From positions 1 to 54,199 of the IMG/VR virus record IMGVR_UViG_3300028569_000044: 54,199 bases of DNA. One strand, written 5' to 3'. Source of the DNA: an uncultured virus (IMG/VR IMGVR_UViG_3300028569_000044). Lineage: Duplodnaviria; Heunggongvirae; Uroviricota; Caudoviricetes. Below the pieces are notes generated by a model. The model saw only the letters and a program-made list of their open reading frames with translations. It was not told where the DNA came from and did no database searches. The translations under genes and the position numbers were made by a program. Of the stretch, positions 20,646-31,280 are shown one piece after another (the first letter of the stretch is position 1; every line of letters starts with the position of its first letter).

Positions 20646-21014
20646 TTAAATAGCGAGATCATTGTCGTGTATGCTTCCTACGATTTTCGGGTAGTATTGC
20701 TGAACAATATGACTCAAATTCCAAAACTCTTTAAAATCACTATCATCAGTGATAATGCACCCAAAAGATCCGCCGTAATAAATAACAGGCACTTCGCCCT
20801 TTAGTTTATACCTAGCGGTGAAATCAAGAATATCGCCTTCAAAAATTCTGTTTAAATTGATGTCTTTGAGGCCGGTGTATTCTTGGATGATGTAATTTTC
20901 GCGCTTGAAGTATTCGTTTAATGGCATTAATTCTGCATCCTCGTAGAGAGATGCAGTCATAACGTATTTCTTTTCTTTAATACCCCAGATTCGGTAAATG
21001 AATTCGCGGCTCAT
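20646..21014 (-). CDS. YopX-family protein
   Basis: EYTGLKD....IFEGDIL...IVGSIH. Confidence 0.75.
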   Translation of the reverse strand: MSREFIYRIWGIKEKKYVMTASLYEDAELMPLNEYFKRENYIIQEYTGLKDINLNRIFEGDILDFTARYKLKGEVPVIYYGGSFGCIITDDSDFKEFWNLSHIVQQYYPKIVGSIHDNDLAI

Positions 21015-21501
21015 TTTTTATAATGTATGACGTTTGTACAGTTACCTTTATGGACAAGATCCCAACCGTGTCCATTGTAATGTTCAATATATTGGCAGTT
21101 ATCTATTAGCTTAACTTTATTGTTATTACCTCTGATCCAGAATGCATAACCAATAACAGCTGAAATAATAAAAACAAAAAACCCGCCCCAAAATATATCT
21201 TCAGTGTGTATTCTCATAGTTTTTGAATATTATCTGGATGAACTATTTGCCATTTATCAAAAAATTTAGCATTGTATTCTTCGATGGTAATATCTAATAC
21301 ATTGCCCCAACGTTGTTCTTTGTCGGCCCAAATTACTCTAGCATTTTCAGAGCCTTGATATAATTTACCATCTGAATATTTAAATCCGCTGAATCTAAAT
21401 CCATAATGATCAAATACCAGATAACCTTTTTTATGTAAACGATTAGCTTTCGCAGCTTTGCGAAGAATATTACGCCAACGAGATTTCTGCAATTTGTTCA
21501 T
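21011..21501 (-). other. Two small hypothetical ORFs (21011-21217 membrane-anchored, 21214-21501)
   Basis: ATGA-type overlaps. Confidence 0.5.
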
Positions 21502-21504
21502 ATA

Positions 21505-22038
21505 TCAGATATATTTATAAAACTCTTCTGGTAAAATGACATTATCAAAATCGCCGTTTTTAATTTTCTTAAATAATGGAGCTATATCTTTTGGCTGATA
21601 CAACGCCAATCCGCAACCAATTTTTGTCAGTAAAAACTCATATTCTGGATGAGAGAACGCCACAGCAAGGAAAGTATCAACGTGAACTTGAATCTTGTCA
21701 AGAGGCAAGGTTTGAATTTTCTTGTCTTTTGTGGGGATGCCGTAGGTTTGGCCTACGAGACCAGCAATACCATGCCTTGCGCCCCATTTCAAGGCTAATT
21801 TTGCGGCTCCAGCACCGTGGTAAAATTTTTCATTCGCTCCATAAGTAAAGATCTGATTTGGCTCAAGGTGGCGAATATTTTCTGGCGTGAATTTCATTGC
21901 TTTTATTTTATTTGGTCTGTTGTCAATTCTATGATTGCATTTATCGCAAGTGAGCTTTCCGTCCCAATCATCGTGAATGCTGCGTTCAGCGTAAGTGCCT
22001 TCTTTGCATACTTCACAAGTTTTGCCGGTCATATTCAT
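21505..22038 (-). CDS. Macro-domain-like phage protein (A1S_2505-like) with N-terminal Zn ribbon
   Basis: FTPENI..L.PNQIF..GAN...HGAGAA..A...GA....GL.GQTYGIPT...FLLTKIGCGLA; CxxC...CxxC at N-terminus. Confidence 0.65.
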   Translation of the reverse strand: MNMTGKTCEVCKEGTYAERSIHDDWDGKLTCDKCNHRIDNRPNKIKAMKFTPENIRHLEPNQIFTYGANEKFYHGAGAAKLALKWGARHGIAGLVGQTYGIPTKDKKIQTLPLDKIQVHVDTFLAVAFSHPEYEFLLTKIGCGLALYQPKDIAPLFKKIKNGDFDNVILPEEFYKYI

Positions 22039-22502
22039 ATTTTATATTTCCCCTCTCCTAATCCACAAATGAGAGTTGTGCTTGCTTCGCATTCTTCTGC
22101 AAGAGAAATCGCAGACGCAAGCGCACAATTATATCCCCTTTTATAAGCATCTAAAGAAGCGTTCCGAGAAGATACGTCATACAAGGCCCAGTTGTCAATA
22201 CCTTGTTTTTTGAAATAATTTCCAAGAAGCAGGGCTGCATCCTTGACTTCTTGAGGGATTTCATGGTACAAATTTATGTCGGGGGTCATATTATTTTTTA
22301 TTCTTCTTTGTTCATTTCTTTCAATGTCCCAATCGGCAAAATGATTATCATGTTTTATCTCGTCAATATAATAATATTCGCAAAACCTAGTAGATTTTTT
22401 CTCGTCTTTGATTATGTTTAATCCTTTCTTTTTACCATATAACAGAACAGCTTCTTCGCTAAGGCCAAAGCCGCCGTATTTTGTATTAATTACTATTTTC
22501 AT
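22035..22502 (-). CDS. Hypothetical, apparently chimeric protein (N-terminus paralogous to 43757..44104)
   Basis: MKIVINTKYGGFGLS..A...Y...KG matches MKVVINSSYGGFYLS; similarity stops after WDIER. Confidence 0.55.
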   Translation of the reverse strand: MKIVINTKYGGFGLSEEAVLLYGKKKGLNIIKDEKKSTRFCEYYYIDEIKHDNHFADWDIERNEQRRIKNNMTPDINLYHEIPQEVKDAALLLGNYFKKQGIDNWALYDVSSRNASLDAYKRGYNCALASAISLAEECEASTTLICGLGEGKYKI

Positions 22503-22576
22503 ATTCTTGGAGGAAGGAAACCCCTTCGGCTTTAGCCAAGGGGAGGAATTCCGACCTTGCATTTACTTTACATCAA

Positions 22577-22984
22577 TCAACCTTGATTGTCAATGTATTT
22601 TTTGATTGTGTCAGGCGATGCTTCTCCGATAGAGCAAACGAAATAACCATCTGACCAGAGCACATTTTCCTTCCAAAAATGAGATTTAAGAAATGTTTTG
22701 TGTTTCTTATATATTCTATTTGTTGATATTGATTTGAAATTATTAACCATTTCTAAAACCGATTTAGTTGGAGGATAATCTATCATTAGATGTATATGAT
22801 CTTCGTCTGTTTGCATTGCTTTAATAATAATATTTCTATCATTGGCAATGTCAAACATAATTTGTTTTAAGTCATCGGCCAAAAAACCATTTAGTATCTT
22901 TTTCCTATATTTTACGCTAAACACAAGATGACATTGAAGCAAATGTTTAGAGTGCGAAGTTGTATGGAAATTATTCTTTTTCAA
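22577..22984 (-). CDS. tnpA: IS200-type Y1 HUH transposase
   Basis: HLVF.VKYR, DHIHL (HUH), LWSDGYF, IKKYIDNQ catalytic Tyr. Confidence 0.95.
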   Translation of the reverse strand: MKKNNFHTTSHSKHLLQCHLVFSVKYRKKILNGFLADDLKQIMFDIANDRNIIIKAMQTDEDHIHLMIDYPPTKSVLEMVNNFKSISTNRIYKKHKTFLKSHFWKENVLWSDGYFVCSIGEASPDTIKKYIDNQG

Positions 22985-23048
22985 AATATCTAAAAATTTA
23001 TAAAGTTTTTTTCACTTTTTGAAAATCTAGTGTATATATATTATAGAA

Positions 23049-24212
23049 GTGATAACATATAATACCAAACTTTTGAGCGATTGTCAATCTGATTTAGACG
23101 ATTTGAAGTCTATGATGATTGATCATCAAAAGATTTTTAATATTGCATCCCCTCTTCAATTTGTTGAAAAAAAGAATTCTATCGTTGTTTTACATTCAAA
23201 AGTTTACCACAATGTTCGTAAACAATTCCCCTATGTAAACTCTCAAGTCGTTATAAAAGCTGAACAAGAATGTTTAGCCTCCTATAGAAGCGTTAAATCA
23301 AATAAACACAAATTAAAAAAACCAATTGAGAAAAAGAACTTGTCTATTCGCTTGGATAAGAGATTGTATTCGTTTCCTACGGATAGATCAATAAAAATTA
23401 CAACATCAAATGGAAAAAAGAATTTCAAATTTCAATTGTATCCAAAACTTGTAGAATTATTAAATAAATACAAATATGTTGATCCATTGATTTATGTTGA
23501 AAATGGAGAAATATACATTTCGCTACCGTTTGATAATAAATCTAAAGAATCATTAAAACAAAAATTAGCTTTGGGAGTTGATATCGGAATTCGTCGTAGT
23601 GTCGCCCTTAGTGATGGACGAATCATAGTTGATAGAAAATTTAATGGAGACAAACGCAAACTTCGTCACTTAAAAGATACTTTGAAATCTAAAGGCACTA
23701 AAAGTGCTAGAAGACATCTTCACAAACTTCGTCATAAAGAAGCAAACAAAAATAGAAATCAATCTCATTTAATTGCCAATGAGGTTTTAAGAACCGAAGC
23801 AGACACTATTGTTCTAGAAAATCTCAAAGGAATTAAAGTAAAAAAACATAAATATCAAAATAAGCGTTCCATTAGCCAAGTGCCAATGTTTGAACTTCGT
23901 AGAATAATATCTTACAAGGCAGAGAATCAAGGTAAAACCGTGACTCTTGTTAGCCCTTCTTATACTTCTCAAAGAGATTCCGTAACTGGAAGAATTGAAG
24001 GAGAAAGAAGAGGTTGTAGATTTTACTCTAAAAACGATCTTATTTATGATGCGGATGTTAACGCTGCAATCAATATAGCCAAAACATCCAAACTTCCCGT
24101 ATCACAAACTAACCGTTTGACTTATGGGCAGGTTGTCGTCAACCAACCAATCGTATGTAAGCCCTCTGTTGCACAAACAGCGGCATTACAAGCCCCTATG
24201 GCTTTAGCCTAG
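23049..24212 (+). CDS. tnpB: RNA-guided nuclease TnpB
   Basis: RuvC-I LGVDIG, RuvC-II IVLENL, YTSQ, RuvC-III DADVNAAINI. Confidence 0.92.
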   Translation: MITYNTKLLSDCQSDLDDLKSMMIDHQKIFNIASPLQFVEKKNSIVVLHSKVYHNVRKQFPYVNSQVVIKAEQECLASYRSVKSNKHKLKKPIEKKNLSIRLDKRLYSFPTDRSIKITTSNGKKNFKFQLYPKLVELLNKYKYVDPLIYVENGEIYISLPFDNKSKESLKQKLALGVDIGIRRSVALSDGRIIVDRKFNGDKRKLRHLKDTLKSKGTKSARRHLHKLRHKEANKNRNQSHLIANEVLRTEADTIVLENLKGIKVKKHKYQNKRSISQVPMFELRRIISYKAENQGKTVTLVSPSYTSQRDSVTGRIEGERRGCRFYSKNDLIYDADVNAAINIAKTSKLPVSQTNRLTYGQVVVNQPIVCKPSVAQTAALQAPMALA

Positions 24213-24229
24213 GGGTTGTTGACATTTTA

Positions 24230-26170
24230 TTACATTCCAAAAAATCTAACGTAGTTCCAATTCTTTCTATATTGACGAACAGATTTAGGCAAATGTCTCA
24301 ACGCCCAATTAGTTATTTTGAAAAAATAAGGATTGAACTTGACGACCGTATACTGACCAAATTCCCATTTTTCAATACGTTGAGGCAAGACTGGATTACG
24401 ACCATTTTGCATTTTGTAAATTCGGTTCCAATAAACCACTTGTTTTAGAGGATTGCCAGAAGTTTCAAAATAATCGTAACGAGTGGGTTCATCGTAGTCA
24501 GATTGAAGGTGGTTATGCCGACTGGTGTTGTCGTAATGACCATCTGGATGAAACACTTTCAGTGTGTATTTATTGTTCATAGAAACAATTTTCTAAGTTT
24601 TTCAATTTCTGATGCAGGAACTTCACTGCGATGATGTCGCAAATAATGAACTGCGAGAGAATTGGTAGTATATTTGCCAATATACAAATCATAATTGGTG
24701 CTGCGTTCTCCACATGCACATATATGAAATCCCTTGTAAAATGGACCTTCGGTTGCTTTTTTCAGCAACATTTCCATTTTGGCTGTATATGCATCATTTA
24801 CCGCAGGTTCTTTAAGTCTATCTGTTGGCTCAATCATGAGCAAACTGGTATCTGATAAATCAATCATAGTTTTTATCTTCTCAAAGTAGAGTTATATCTT
24901 CGTATCTGATTACCCAACCACCCTTTTTATTAATATCATCACTGATAGTTACTTCATAAGTTTCTGGTTTAATGCCGGTAATATAGTGATTTTCATACTT
25001 CTTATAACCTTGTTTGGCATTTACCTTTTTGCCAATTACATCACTAGGAATCTCTAGAAAATTCTCCTTGGTCCATTTTCCAATAATTTCTTTGGACAAA
25101 CTATCCTTGATAGTACTAACACCATCCAGAATATCTACCAATTCACTATCTGGTTCAATATAAGACTTTTCCTTCAAAAAGGTAGCAAGTGCATAACCAT
25201 CAGTATCAGATTCAAACAAACAATCAATAATGTCTTGTTCATAGGTTTCACGGGTTTCGTAACCTCCACCATCAGTACACCACTTTTGATATTGGTCAAC
25301 AACACGCTTAAAGTGTTTGTTTTCACGGTTAATATTTTCCCTTGAAAATTTAGGACGCTTAACCTTGTCTTGTAGCTTCATATAGGTTTGTTCACTCATA
25401 ACTTTATAAGATTACCACACAGTTTATAACAAGTCAAGACACTTTTGGCAGTTTGTAGTCTGGAATTTGATTTGGAAACCAAAAGAAGTCTTCTTCAAAA
25501 CTATAAAAAAAGTTTTGATTAGTAGCATGATTATATGCTTCCATTACAGTTCTGTCATTTAATGTGCGTTGTTTACCCCTAAATTCCATGTGAGGATACT
25601 TATTCTTAATTTCTTCTGGAACGTGAATATTCATTTGGCAATCCAATCGTGAAATCGTTGTGGTAAAAACATATAAATTGTTATTGTTGCAAGTGAAATT
25701 ATAACGGGAGATACATCTACCTTAAATAACTTATAAAGCAATATGCTTGTACCCAATGACAATATCAAATTAACAACAAAAGCTAATAATAATTTCATAA
25801 AAACAATGCTTGTATACTCTTTAACTTACGGTTTAGTTCTTTATTTTCTTCTTTCAGTTGTTCAACTTCTTGCATTAATCTAGCATTTTCTTCGTGTAGA
25901 TTTCTGATACAATCCATTGTATTAGCTAAAACCTCTTCATTACTTTCAAAGTCCATATTAGTCTACCTTTCCATATACAGTTTCAACATCAATATAATAA
26001 TTAGGCAATCCAAATGGACGAATAGTGAACTTCCAAGTTTTTTCCCTATCCTTGAAGTTATAACCACTGATAAATCCAATACCACGGTTAGTATTTACCT
26101 TGTCACCAAAATGATAAGGAAGAGGATTTTCAGCCAAAACCTTAGCAAACAGTTCGTTATTATTAATCAT
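24230..26170 (-). other. Run of hypothetical ORFs (24230-24580, 24577-24867, 24881-25399, 25434-25634, 25958-26170)
   Basis: Same-strand ORFs; 24577-24867 has GFHICACG...HYL..H; 25434 is a paralog of 17882. Confidence 0.55.
25409..25437 (-). promoter_or_regulatory. Sigma70-like promoter
   Basis: TTGACT-17nt-TAATCT with extended TG. Confidence 0.65.
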
Positions 26171-26194
26171 ATAACAACTTTACTCCAGCTTTTT

Positions 26195-26710
26195 TTAAAT
26201 GTCAAACACTTTTCCGTCAAAATATGCTTTACATCCCAAAACTCGGTCAATCGCAAAGATTTTCACATCAGCTTCACTAAACATAGTAAATGTAGCATTA
26301 TCGTGTCCCTTCCATTGTTCACGTTGTGCCTCATTACACAAATCATTAAATTGCCGGTGTATATAAACATCTTTGATGCCACTTTGGATGATTCCCCTAG
26401 CACAGTCTGCACAAGGCAAAGCATTGGTATAAAGAATTGCGCCATCGGTGTTTATACCGTACCTAGCAGCTGCGTAAATCGCATTGCGTTCACCGTGTTC
26501 GTACCATTTGTACTTTTCTGGTCGTTCGTTACGAATTTCATTTTTGTCTGCTACTCCAATAGGAATGCCATTGAAGCCGGTAGATATGATTCGTTTGTCT
26601 TTTACAATGAGAGCACCAATCTTTGTCTTGGGATCTTTGGATTTACTTGCAACCCAATAGACTCCTTGTAAAAACCATTCGTTCCAATCTGGTGGTGTAT
26701 AATCTTTCAT
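26195..26710 (-). CDS. dCMP deaminase
   Basis: SKDP.TKIGA, STGFNG, HGERNAI, PCADCA. Confidence 0.9.
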   Translation of the reverse strand: MKDYTPPDWNEWFLQGVYWVASKSKDPKTKIGALIVKDKRIISTGFNGIPIGVADKNEIRNERPEKYKWYEHGERNAIYAAARYGINTDGAILYTNALPCADCARGIIQSGIKDVYIHRQFNDLCNEAQREQWKGHDNATFTMFSEADVKIFAIDRVLGCKAYFDGKVFDI

Positions 26711-26774
26711 ACATTCATATTACATCTATAAAATATTTTTGTCAATCCCATAAATCTTAAACTATTTATTAAAT

Positions 26775-27614
26775 ATGACATACAAAATAAAAAATTATCA
26801 TTATTATAATAGATATATTAAATTAATTATATATTATAGAATACGTCCAATTGATACTTCAAAATATTTCGAAGAACATCACATTCTCCCACGTTCTATG
26901 GGAGGATTAAATACTTCCGATAATTTAATTAATTTAACAGCTAGAGCTCATTTTTTATCCCATTACTTATTATGGAAATCTTATAGAAACAAGAAAACTG
27001 CATATGCATTTAAGTGTATGTCTAATTTTGTTAAAACAAAAAATGGAAAAAAAGTCAGATATTTAAATAGTCGATTATTTGAAAAATTTGTTATTTCTTC
27101 AAAAAAATATTTTATAGGCAAAAATCATCCTTTATATGGCAAACTCAAATCTGTAGAATCAATTCAAAAACAAAAATTAAAAATGTTAGGTAAAAAACAA
27201 TCGTTGGAACATATAAATAAAAGAAAAAAAAGTTTAAATTCGTATTATGAAAATAATCCGAATATTCCACACGGATTTTCAGGCAGAAGACATTCAGTTG
27301 AAACTAAAATTAGAATGAGTCAAATTCATTCCGGTAAGAAAAAAACTAAACAACATGTAGAAAAAATGAAATTAAGGCCACAAAATAATTTAAAGATCGA
27401 ATGTGTACACTGTCATAAAATAGGAGAATATAAAAATATGAAAAGATGGCATTTTGATTTTTGTAAGGAAAATCCAAACAAAAAACAAAAAAACTCGGAG
27501 TTAATTTCTTGCGATAAGTGTGGTATTGTTAGTAAAAAAACTCCTAATTTTTATAGATATCATCTGAATAATTGTAATTCAATCCCAAAGATGGCAATAA
27601 TATCTAGCGAATAA
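26775..27614 (+). CDS. HNH homing endonuclease with NUMOD3-like repeats
   Basis: EEHHILPRSMGG.N...NLINLTARAHFLSHYLL; HSVETKIRMS; C-terminal CxxC. Confidence 0.85.
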   Translation: MTYKIKNYHYYNRYIKLIIYYRIRPIDTSKYFEEHHILPRSMGGLNTSDNLINLTARAHFLSHYLLWKSYRNKKTAYAFKCMSNFVKTKNGKKVRYLNSRLFEKFVISSKKYFIGKNHPLYGKLKSVESIQKQKLKMLGKKQSLEHINKRKKSLNSYYENNPNIPHGFSGRRHSVETKIRMSQIHSGKKKTKQHVEKMKLRPQNNLKIECVHCHKIGEYKNMKRWHFDFCKENPNKKQKNSELISCDKCGIVSKKTPNFYRYHLNNCNSIPKMAIISSE

Positions 27615-28124
27615 TTGCAAACCTTTTTGTTTACGTTCTTGCAATTCATTGTGTTTTTTCATCCATTCATCAAAAGATTGTTTTTGTTCTGGAGTTTTTC
27701 CTTTATTTAAAAACCATTCTGTATCTCCAAGATAATGTGGAAATGGATTGAATCGTTCGTCATCATTTAGATATTCAAATGTCCAAATAAGTTCATCAAG
27801 TACATTTTCCCATTCTTCTGGTGTGAAATCTGGATGATAACCATACCGTTTCATTTTCTTGAAGTGTTTTAGTCTGGGTAGAATAAACTTACTGAATGTA
27901 CCATCCAAACTCCAACATTCTTCATTACTTACACCATAACGCATACGTTGATATGTACTAATAAACCATCGTTTAATGTCATGACATTTGTAATATACAC
28001 GCCAACCATATGGTACTGTATCAAACAACCAGTCACCAAATTTATTGGTTCTATACCATTTTTCTTCTGAAAGAGGTGTGTTTTCAGAATCTTCTAATCG
28101 TTCGTTGATTTTTTTGAGATCCAT
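27579..28124 (-). CDS. Conserved hypothetical phage protein
   Basis: WSLD......ILPRLKHFK...W..VLDELIW.F...GLQLFARYY..LWD. Confidence 0.65.
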   Translation of the reverse strand: MDLKKINERLEDSENTPLSEEKWYRTNKFGDWLFDTVPYGWRVYYKCHDIKRWFISTYQRMRYGVSNEECWSLDGTFSKFILPRLKHFKKMKRYGYHPDFTPEEWENVLDELIWTFEYLNDDERFNPFPHYLGDTEWFLNKGKTPEQKQSFDEWMKKHNELQERKQKGLQLFARYYCHLWD

Positions 28125-28159
28125 ATTACAACTATATCACAGAGTGTATATGTGTCAAA

Positions 28160-28187
28160 CAAAAAACCCCACATTTTACTGTGGGGG
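28160..28187 (-). terminator. Rho-independent terminator
   Basis: CCCCACA/TGTGGGG stem with T tract on - strand. Confidence 0.65.
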
Positions 28188-28213
28188 TATGATGAATAAA
28201 CAAACAAAAAAAA

Positions 28214-28435
28214 TTATTTAACGTTTTTCAAACCAGGATGTGCTTTGTGCCAAGGCATTTCGTGTACAACTGTTGGTGCTTGGTTAGACCATCTAGCTTG
28301 TTGTGGTTGTTGGCCTTGTTGTTGAGCTTGATCCATTTGTTGAGCAGCTAACATAGCATTTGCGGTACCTGGATTGTTGCTAGTAAGACCTACAACTGGA
28401 TTTTGTGTTTTGATTCCTAAATAAAGACCTGACAT
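28214..28435 (-). CDS. Gln-rich small protein
   Basis: 73 aa ORF with GAAAGGT upstream and its own terminator. Confidence 0.6.
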   Translation of the reverse strand: MSGLYLGIKTQNPVVGLTSNNPGTANAMLAAQQMDQAQQQGQQPQQARWSNQAPTVVHEMPWHKAHPGLKNVK

Positions 28436-28464
28436 AGTGTTATACCTTTCGTTAAATATAACTA

Positions 28465-28662
28465 TTAAGCTTTGGCTTCATTATACACAAAATTATCATT
28501 GAACATAGAATATAAATAATCGTGATGTTTATCTTCTAAAAGATACTCACGAAGATCAATGATACGACGATCATCACAACAATGACATTGCATATAAATC
28601 TTATCCCGCTTTAATTTAGCTGGCATATCACAATAATTGCAAGTAATTTGAAGGTTGTCCAT
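28465..28662 (-). CDS. Small Cys-containing hypothetical protein
   Basis: CxxC...CxCC. Confidence 0.5.
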   Translation of the reverse strand: MDNLQITCNYCDMPAKLKRDKIYMQCHCCDDRRIIDLREYLLEDKHHDYLYSMFNDNFVYNEAKA

Positions 28663-28745
28663 ATACTATAAAAATATCATACATTTTAAATAAAACAAGG
28701 GATGTCACTGTTACGTAACATCCCCCATTATATTGTAACATTAGG

Positions 28746-29525
28746 TTACAGATCGCTATAGTTCTTCAGTTCAATCTTACCATTTGTAATAGTAATATAC
28801 TGACTAAGATTACAATCAATACAAATATTGTTTGCATCAACGATATTAGCAAATCCTTCTCTATGATATTGTGCGGATTTACCAGTTCGCCATTGATTTG
28901 TATGACCCACAATTTGTCTCAACTCTTCAATGGGTTGAAACTCTTCGTTAAAATCACACCAAACAATACCACCAACTTTGTTTCTACCACCCCTTGCATA
29001 TCCAGCACCATAAAACCAATGTGGTTCATTGATCTTTAGTTTGGTTCTAGCATCATTATCACTTTGATCCAGATACTTGAAGATAACTTCATTTGTGGCA
29101 CAAATTGGAGGCAACAAACGTTTATCCAATCCAGCGTGGGTTAATAGAATATCATCTACAACAATCGACCAGTGAAAGTTATCTTGTATATCACCTCTGA
29201 CCTTGCCAATAACGTTATCAATTGCATCATACTTCCATTGTTCATAACCACTACACCAAGATGTAGAAGCATTAAACAGATAGTGTATATCGTGATTACC
29301 AAATAGAGTATAGTTCTTTGGGTTAGGAAGAAATACATCTCTTAGATATTTGGCTGTAGCAACATAGTCAGTAACATCATCCAAATTGAAACTATCAAAC
29401 CAATCACCCAAACAAATGTTGATATCGCCATCTTCTTTGGTAAAGATGGTATCCAACTTTGTGTAATGATTATGTGGATCAGCAGCAATTACAATCTTTT
29501 GTTTATTGGAACTAAACTTTAGCAT
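28746..29525 (-). CDS. Calcineurin-like metallophosphoesterase
   Basis: DxH, GDxxD, GNHD, THAG, GHT motifs. Confidence 0.88.
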   Translation of the reverse strand: MLKFSSNKQKIVIAADPHNHYTKLDTIFTKEDGDINICLGDWFDSFNLDDVTDYVATAKYLRDVFLPNPKNYTLFGNHDIHYLFNASTSWCSGYEQWKYDAIDNVIGKVRGDIQDNFHWSIVVDDILLTHAGLDKRLLPPICATNEVIFKYLDQSDNDARTKLKINEPHWFYGAGYARGGRNKVGGIVWCDFNEEFQPIEELRQIVGHTNQWRTGKSAQYHREGFANIVDANNICIDCNLSQYITITNGKIELKNYSDL

Positions 29526-29531
29526 ACTGAG

Positions 29532-29560
29532 AGTATAACACGATTATTTTTAAAAGTCAA
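29532..29560 (-). promoter_or_regulatory. Sigma70-like promoter (near-leaderless)
   Basis: TTGACT-17nt-TATACT with extended TG, 6 nt before ATG. Confidence 0.7.
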
Positions 29561-30492
29561 GTGATTTGGTCTTAACTTTTGTTAGTAGCCATTTGACCAT
29601 TTGATATTTGGTAGATGGATCACCATACTTTTTTATATTAAAGTGATCCATCTCCAATTCATAGAGTCTACGAGTTGTGTCCATTTTTTCAAACCATTTT
29701 GAATCTGCTGGTGAATCATCTGTGTGTTTCTCTAGCTTTTCTAAACATTCGATTAGAAATTCGTATTCAATTTTGGTAAGAATTACTTTTTTCACTTCTC
29801 GGTAGATTTGGATTTATTTTTATCTCCCCAATTAATAGAATCGAAGTTTTTGTCGTATTGTTTTTTATTGGTTGGTCGCTGTTTGCTCCCCTTGCCGTTC
29901 TGATTGCTCATAAAAATGTTGATATCCTTTCTCTATTGTATTAAAAAATGAATTGTTCGCATACATATCTGAAGCAATTGCTGTATCACTTTTGATATAT
30001 TGTGCATTTACGTTTTTCAAAGTAAATTTTCCGTTTGTATCGTTGGTTTTTTCGTATCCTACAAATAGAACACTGAAATATTTTTCATGAAGCACATCAT
30101 CAAATGCTCCATCGTAATCTTGGATGTAAACAATGTCTGCTTCGCTCCACTTATTATCAATACGTGGACACACACATAGTTTGTATTCGTTATCAATGAA
30201 TGCTTTGAATACAAAAGCATTGGGTTTGGTTAATTCACTCATATTTTTCAGCACATTTACTACAAAGTTGACCAGCTCCTTCTACGTAGTTGTAACGATA
30301 GTCGATATGTTTATCTTTGGGTTCATTTGTATCAACTCCACAAACAATACATTCTTCCATTTCAGATACTACTTTAAAGTCACCATTTGGTAATTTTTCA
30401 ATTTTATTATTCATAATTTTATGTTGCGAATGATTTTCCACATCCACAACTAGATTCTGCATTTGGATTGTTGATTTTGAATCCGCCACCAA
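29550..30492 (-). other. Three hypothetical ORFs (29550-29795, 29865-30254, 30235-30492 Zn-finger-like)
   Basis: CxxC...YVEGAGQLCxxC in the last. Confidence 0.5.
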
Positions 30493-30757
30493 TTAATTCA
30501 TCACTATAATCAATTACGCAACCAGATAAATAATTGGCACTAAATTTATCAGTCAATACTTTGACACCAAAATATTCAGATACTACATCATCATCTCTAG
30601 TTTCATCAAATACCATACCATATTGTAAACCAGAACATCCACCACCTTCTACATATACTCGTAATGATTTACCTGTGTTTGTTGTATCATCAACCAACAT
30701 CTCAGAAATATGAGATGCGGCTGATTCAGTTAAGATTATATTTGATGTTATTTCCAT
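30419..30757 (-). CDS. Fe-S cluster A-type carrier (HesB/IscA/ErpA family)
   Basis: LRVYVEGGGCSGLQY...FKINNPNA.SSCGCGKSF. Confidence 0.93.
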   Translation of the reverse strand: MEITSNIILTESAASHISEMLVDDTTNTGKSLRVYVEGGGCSGLQYGMVFDETRDDDVVSEYFGVKVLTDKFSANYLSGCVIDYSDELIGGGFKINNPNAESSCGCGKSFAT

Positions 30758-31089
30758 ATTAACTGTAATATTACTATTAAACCACTCAACGCAATTAGTG
30801 TCAATGTTTTATAACTTAATTTTTCATTAAAATAAATATGCGTTAATATTGTAAACATAACTATACCAATGCTAAATGTAAAAATTCTATTTGGCCACAT
30901 TTTTCCGTTAAAATATTCTGCCAATAGCTTAGTTGCATATATAGATAATAAAGTACTAGGTACACTCAACCATATTAAGTACAATTCATACTTCTTATAA
31001 AAACTACTAATAAATTGACCATAAATTTGATGCCAACCCACAATATATACTAATACTAATATTGTCAACCCCAACAATAATTTAGTCAT
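30748..31089 (-). CDS. Four-helix membrane protein
   Basis: Four hydrophobic segments. Confidence 0.55.
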   Translation of the reverse strand: MTKLLLGLTILVLVYIVGWHQIYGQFISSFYKKYELYLIWLSVPSTLLSIYATKLLAEYFNGKMWPNRIFTFSIGIVMFTILTHIYFNEKLSYKTLTLIALSGLIVILQLIWK

Positions 31090-31280
31090 TTTAACCTCAA
31101 AATTGTATTAAATTTATTCACAACTTCTTTACAAACACGACTGCCTTTGCTTAACTCAGCATAAGTATTGTCATATACATTAACTAAGTCACCCTCTTCA
31201 ATTTTAGAACCCTCTTTTAATTTGGTATACTTTTTAAGTTCAGATTCTTGTATTTCAACTATGTTATCAGCGCTCTTCAT
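31086..31280 (-). CDS. Hypothetical protein
   Basis: 64 aa, ATGA overlaps at both ends. Confidence 0.5.
   Translation of the reverse strand: MKSADNIVEIQESELKKYTKLKEGSKIEEGDLVNVYDNTYAELSKGSRVCKEVVNKFNTILRLK

Larger units (their letters stand above)
22510..24223 (+). mobile_element. IS200/IS605-family element (divergent tnpA and tnpB)
   Basis: Related subterminal hairpins CCCCTTCGGCTTTAGCCAAGGGG (22521-22543) and CCCCTATGGCTTTAGCCTAGGGG (24193-24215); exact left boundary uncertain. Confidence 0.9.

Noticed and set aside
22503-22562. N-terminal extension MQGRNSSPWLKPKGFPSS of ORF 22035..22562
   Set aside because: It is the IS left-end hairpin read in frame; the real start is probably 22502
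23049-24212. TnpB as Cas12f/Cas14 effector
   Set aside because: No CRISPR array nearby; IS200/IS605 hairpin ends and tnpA explain it
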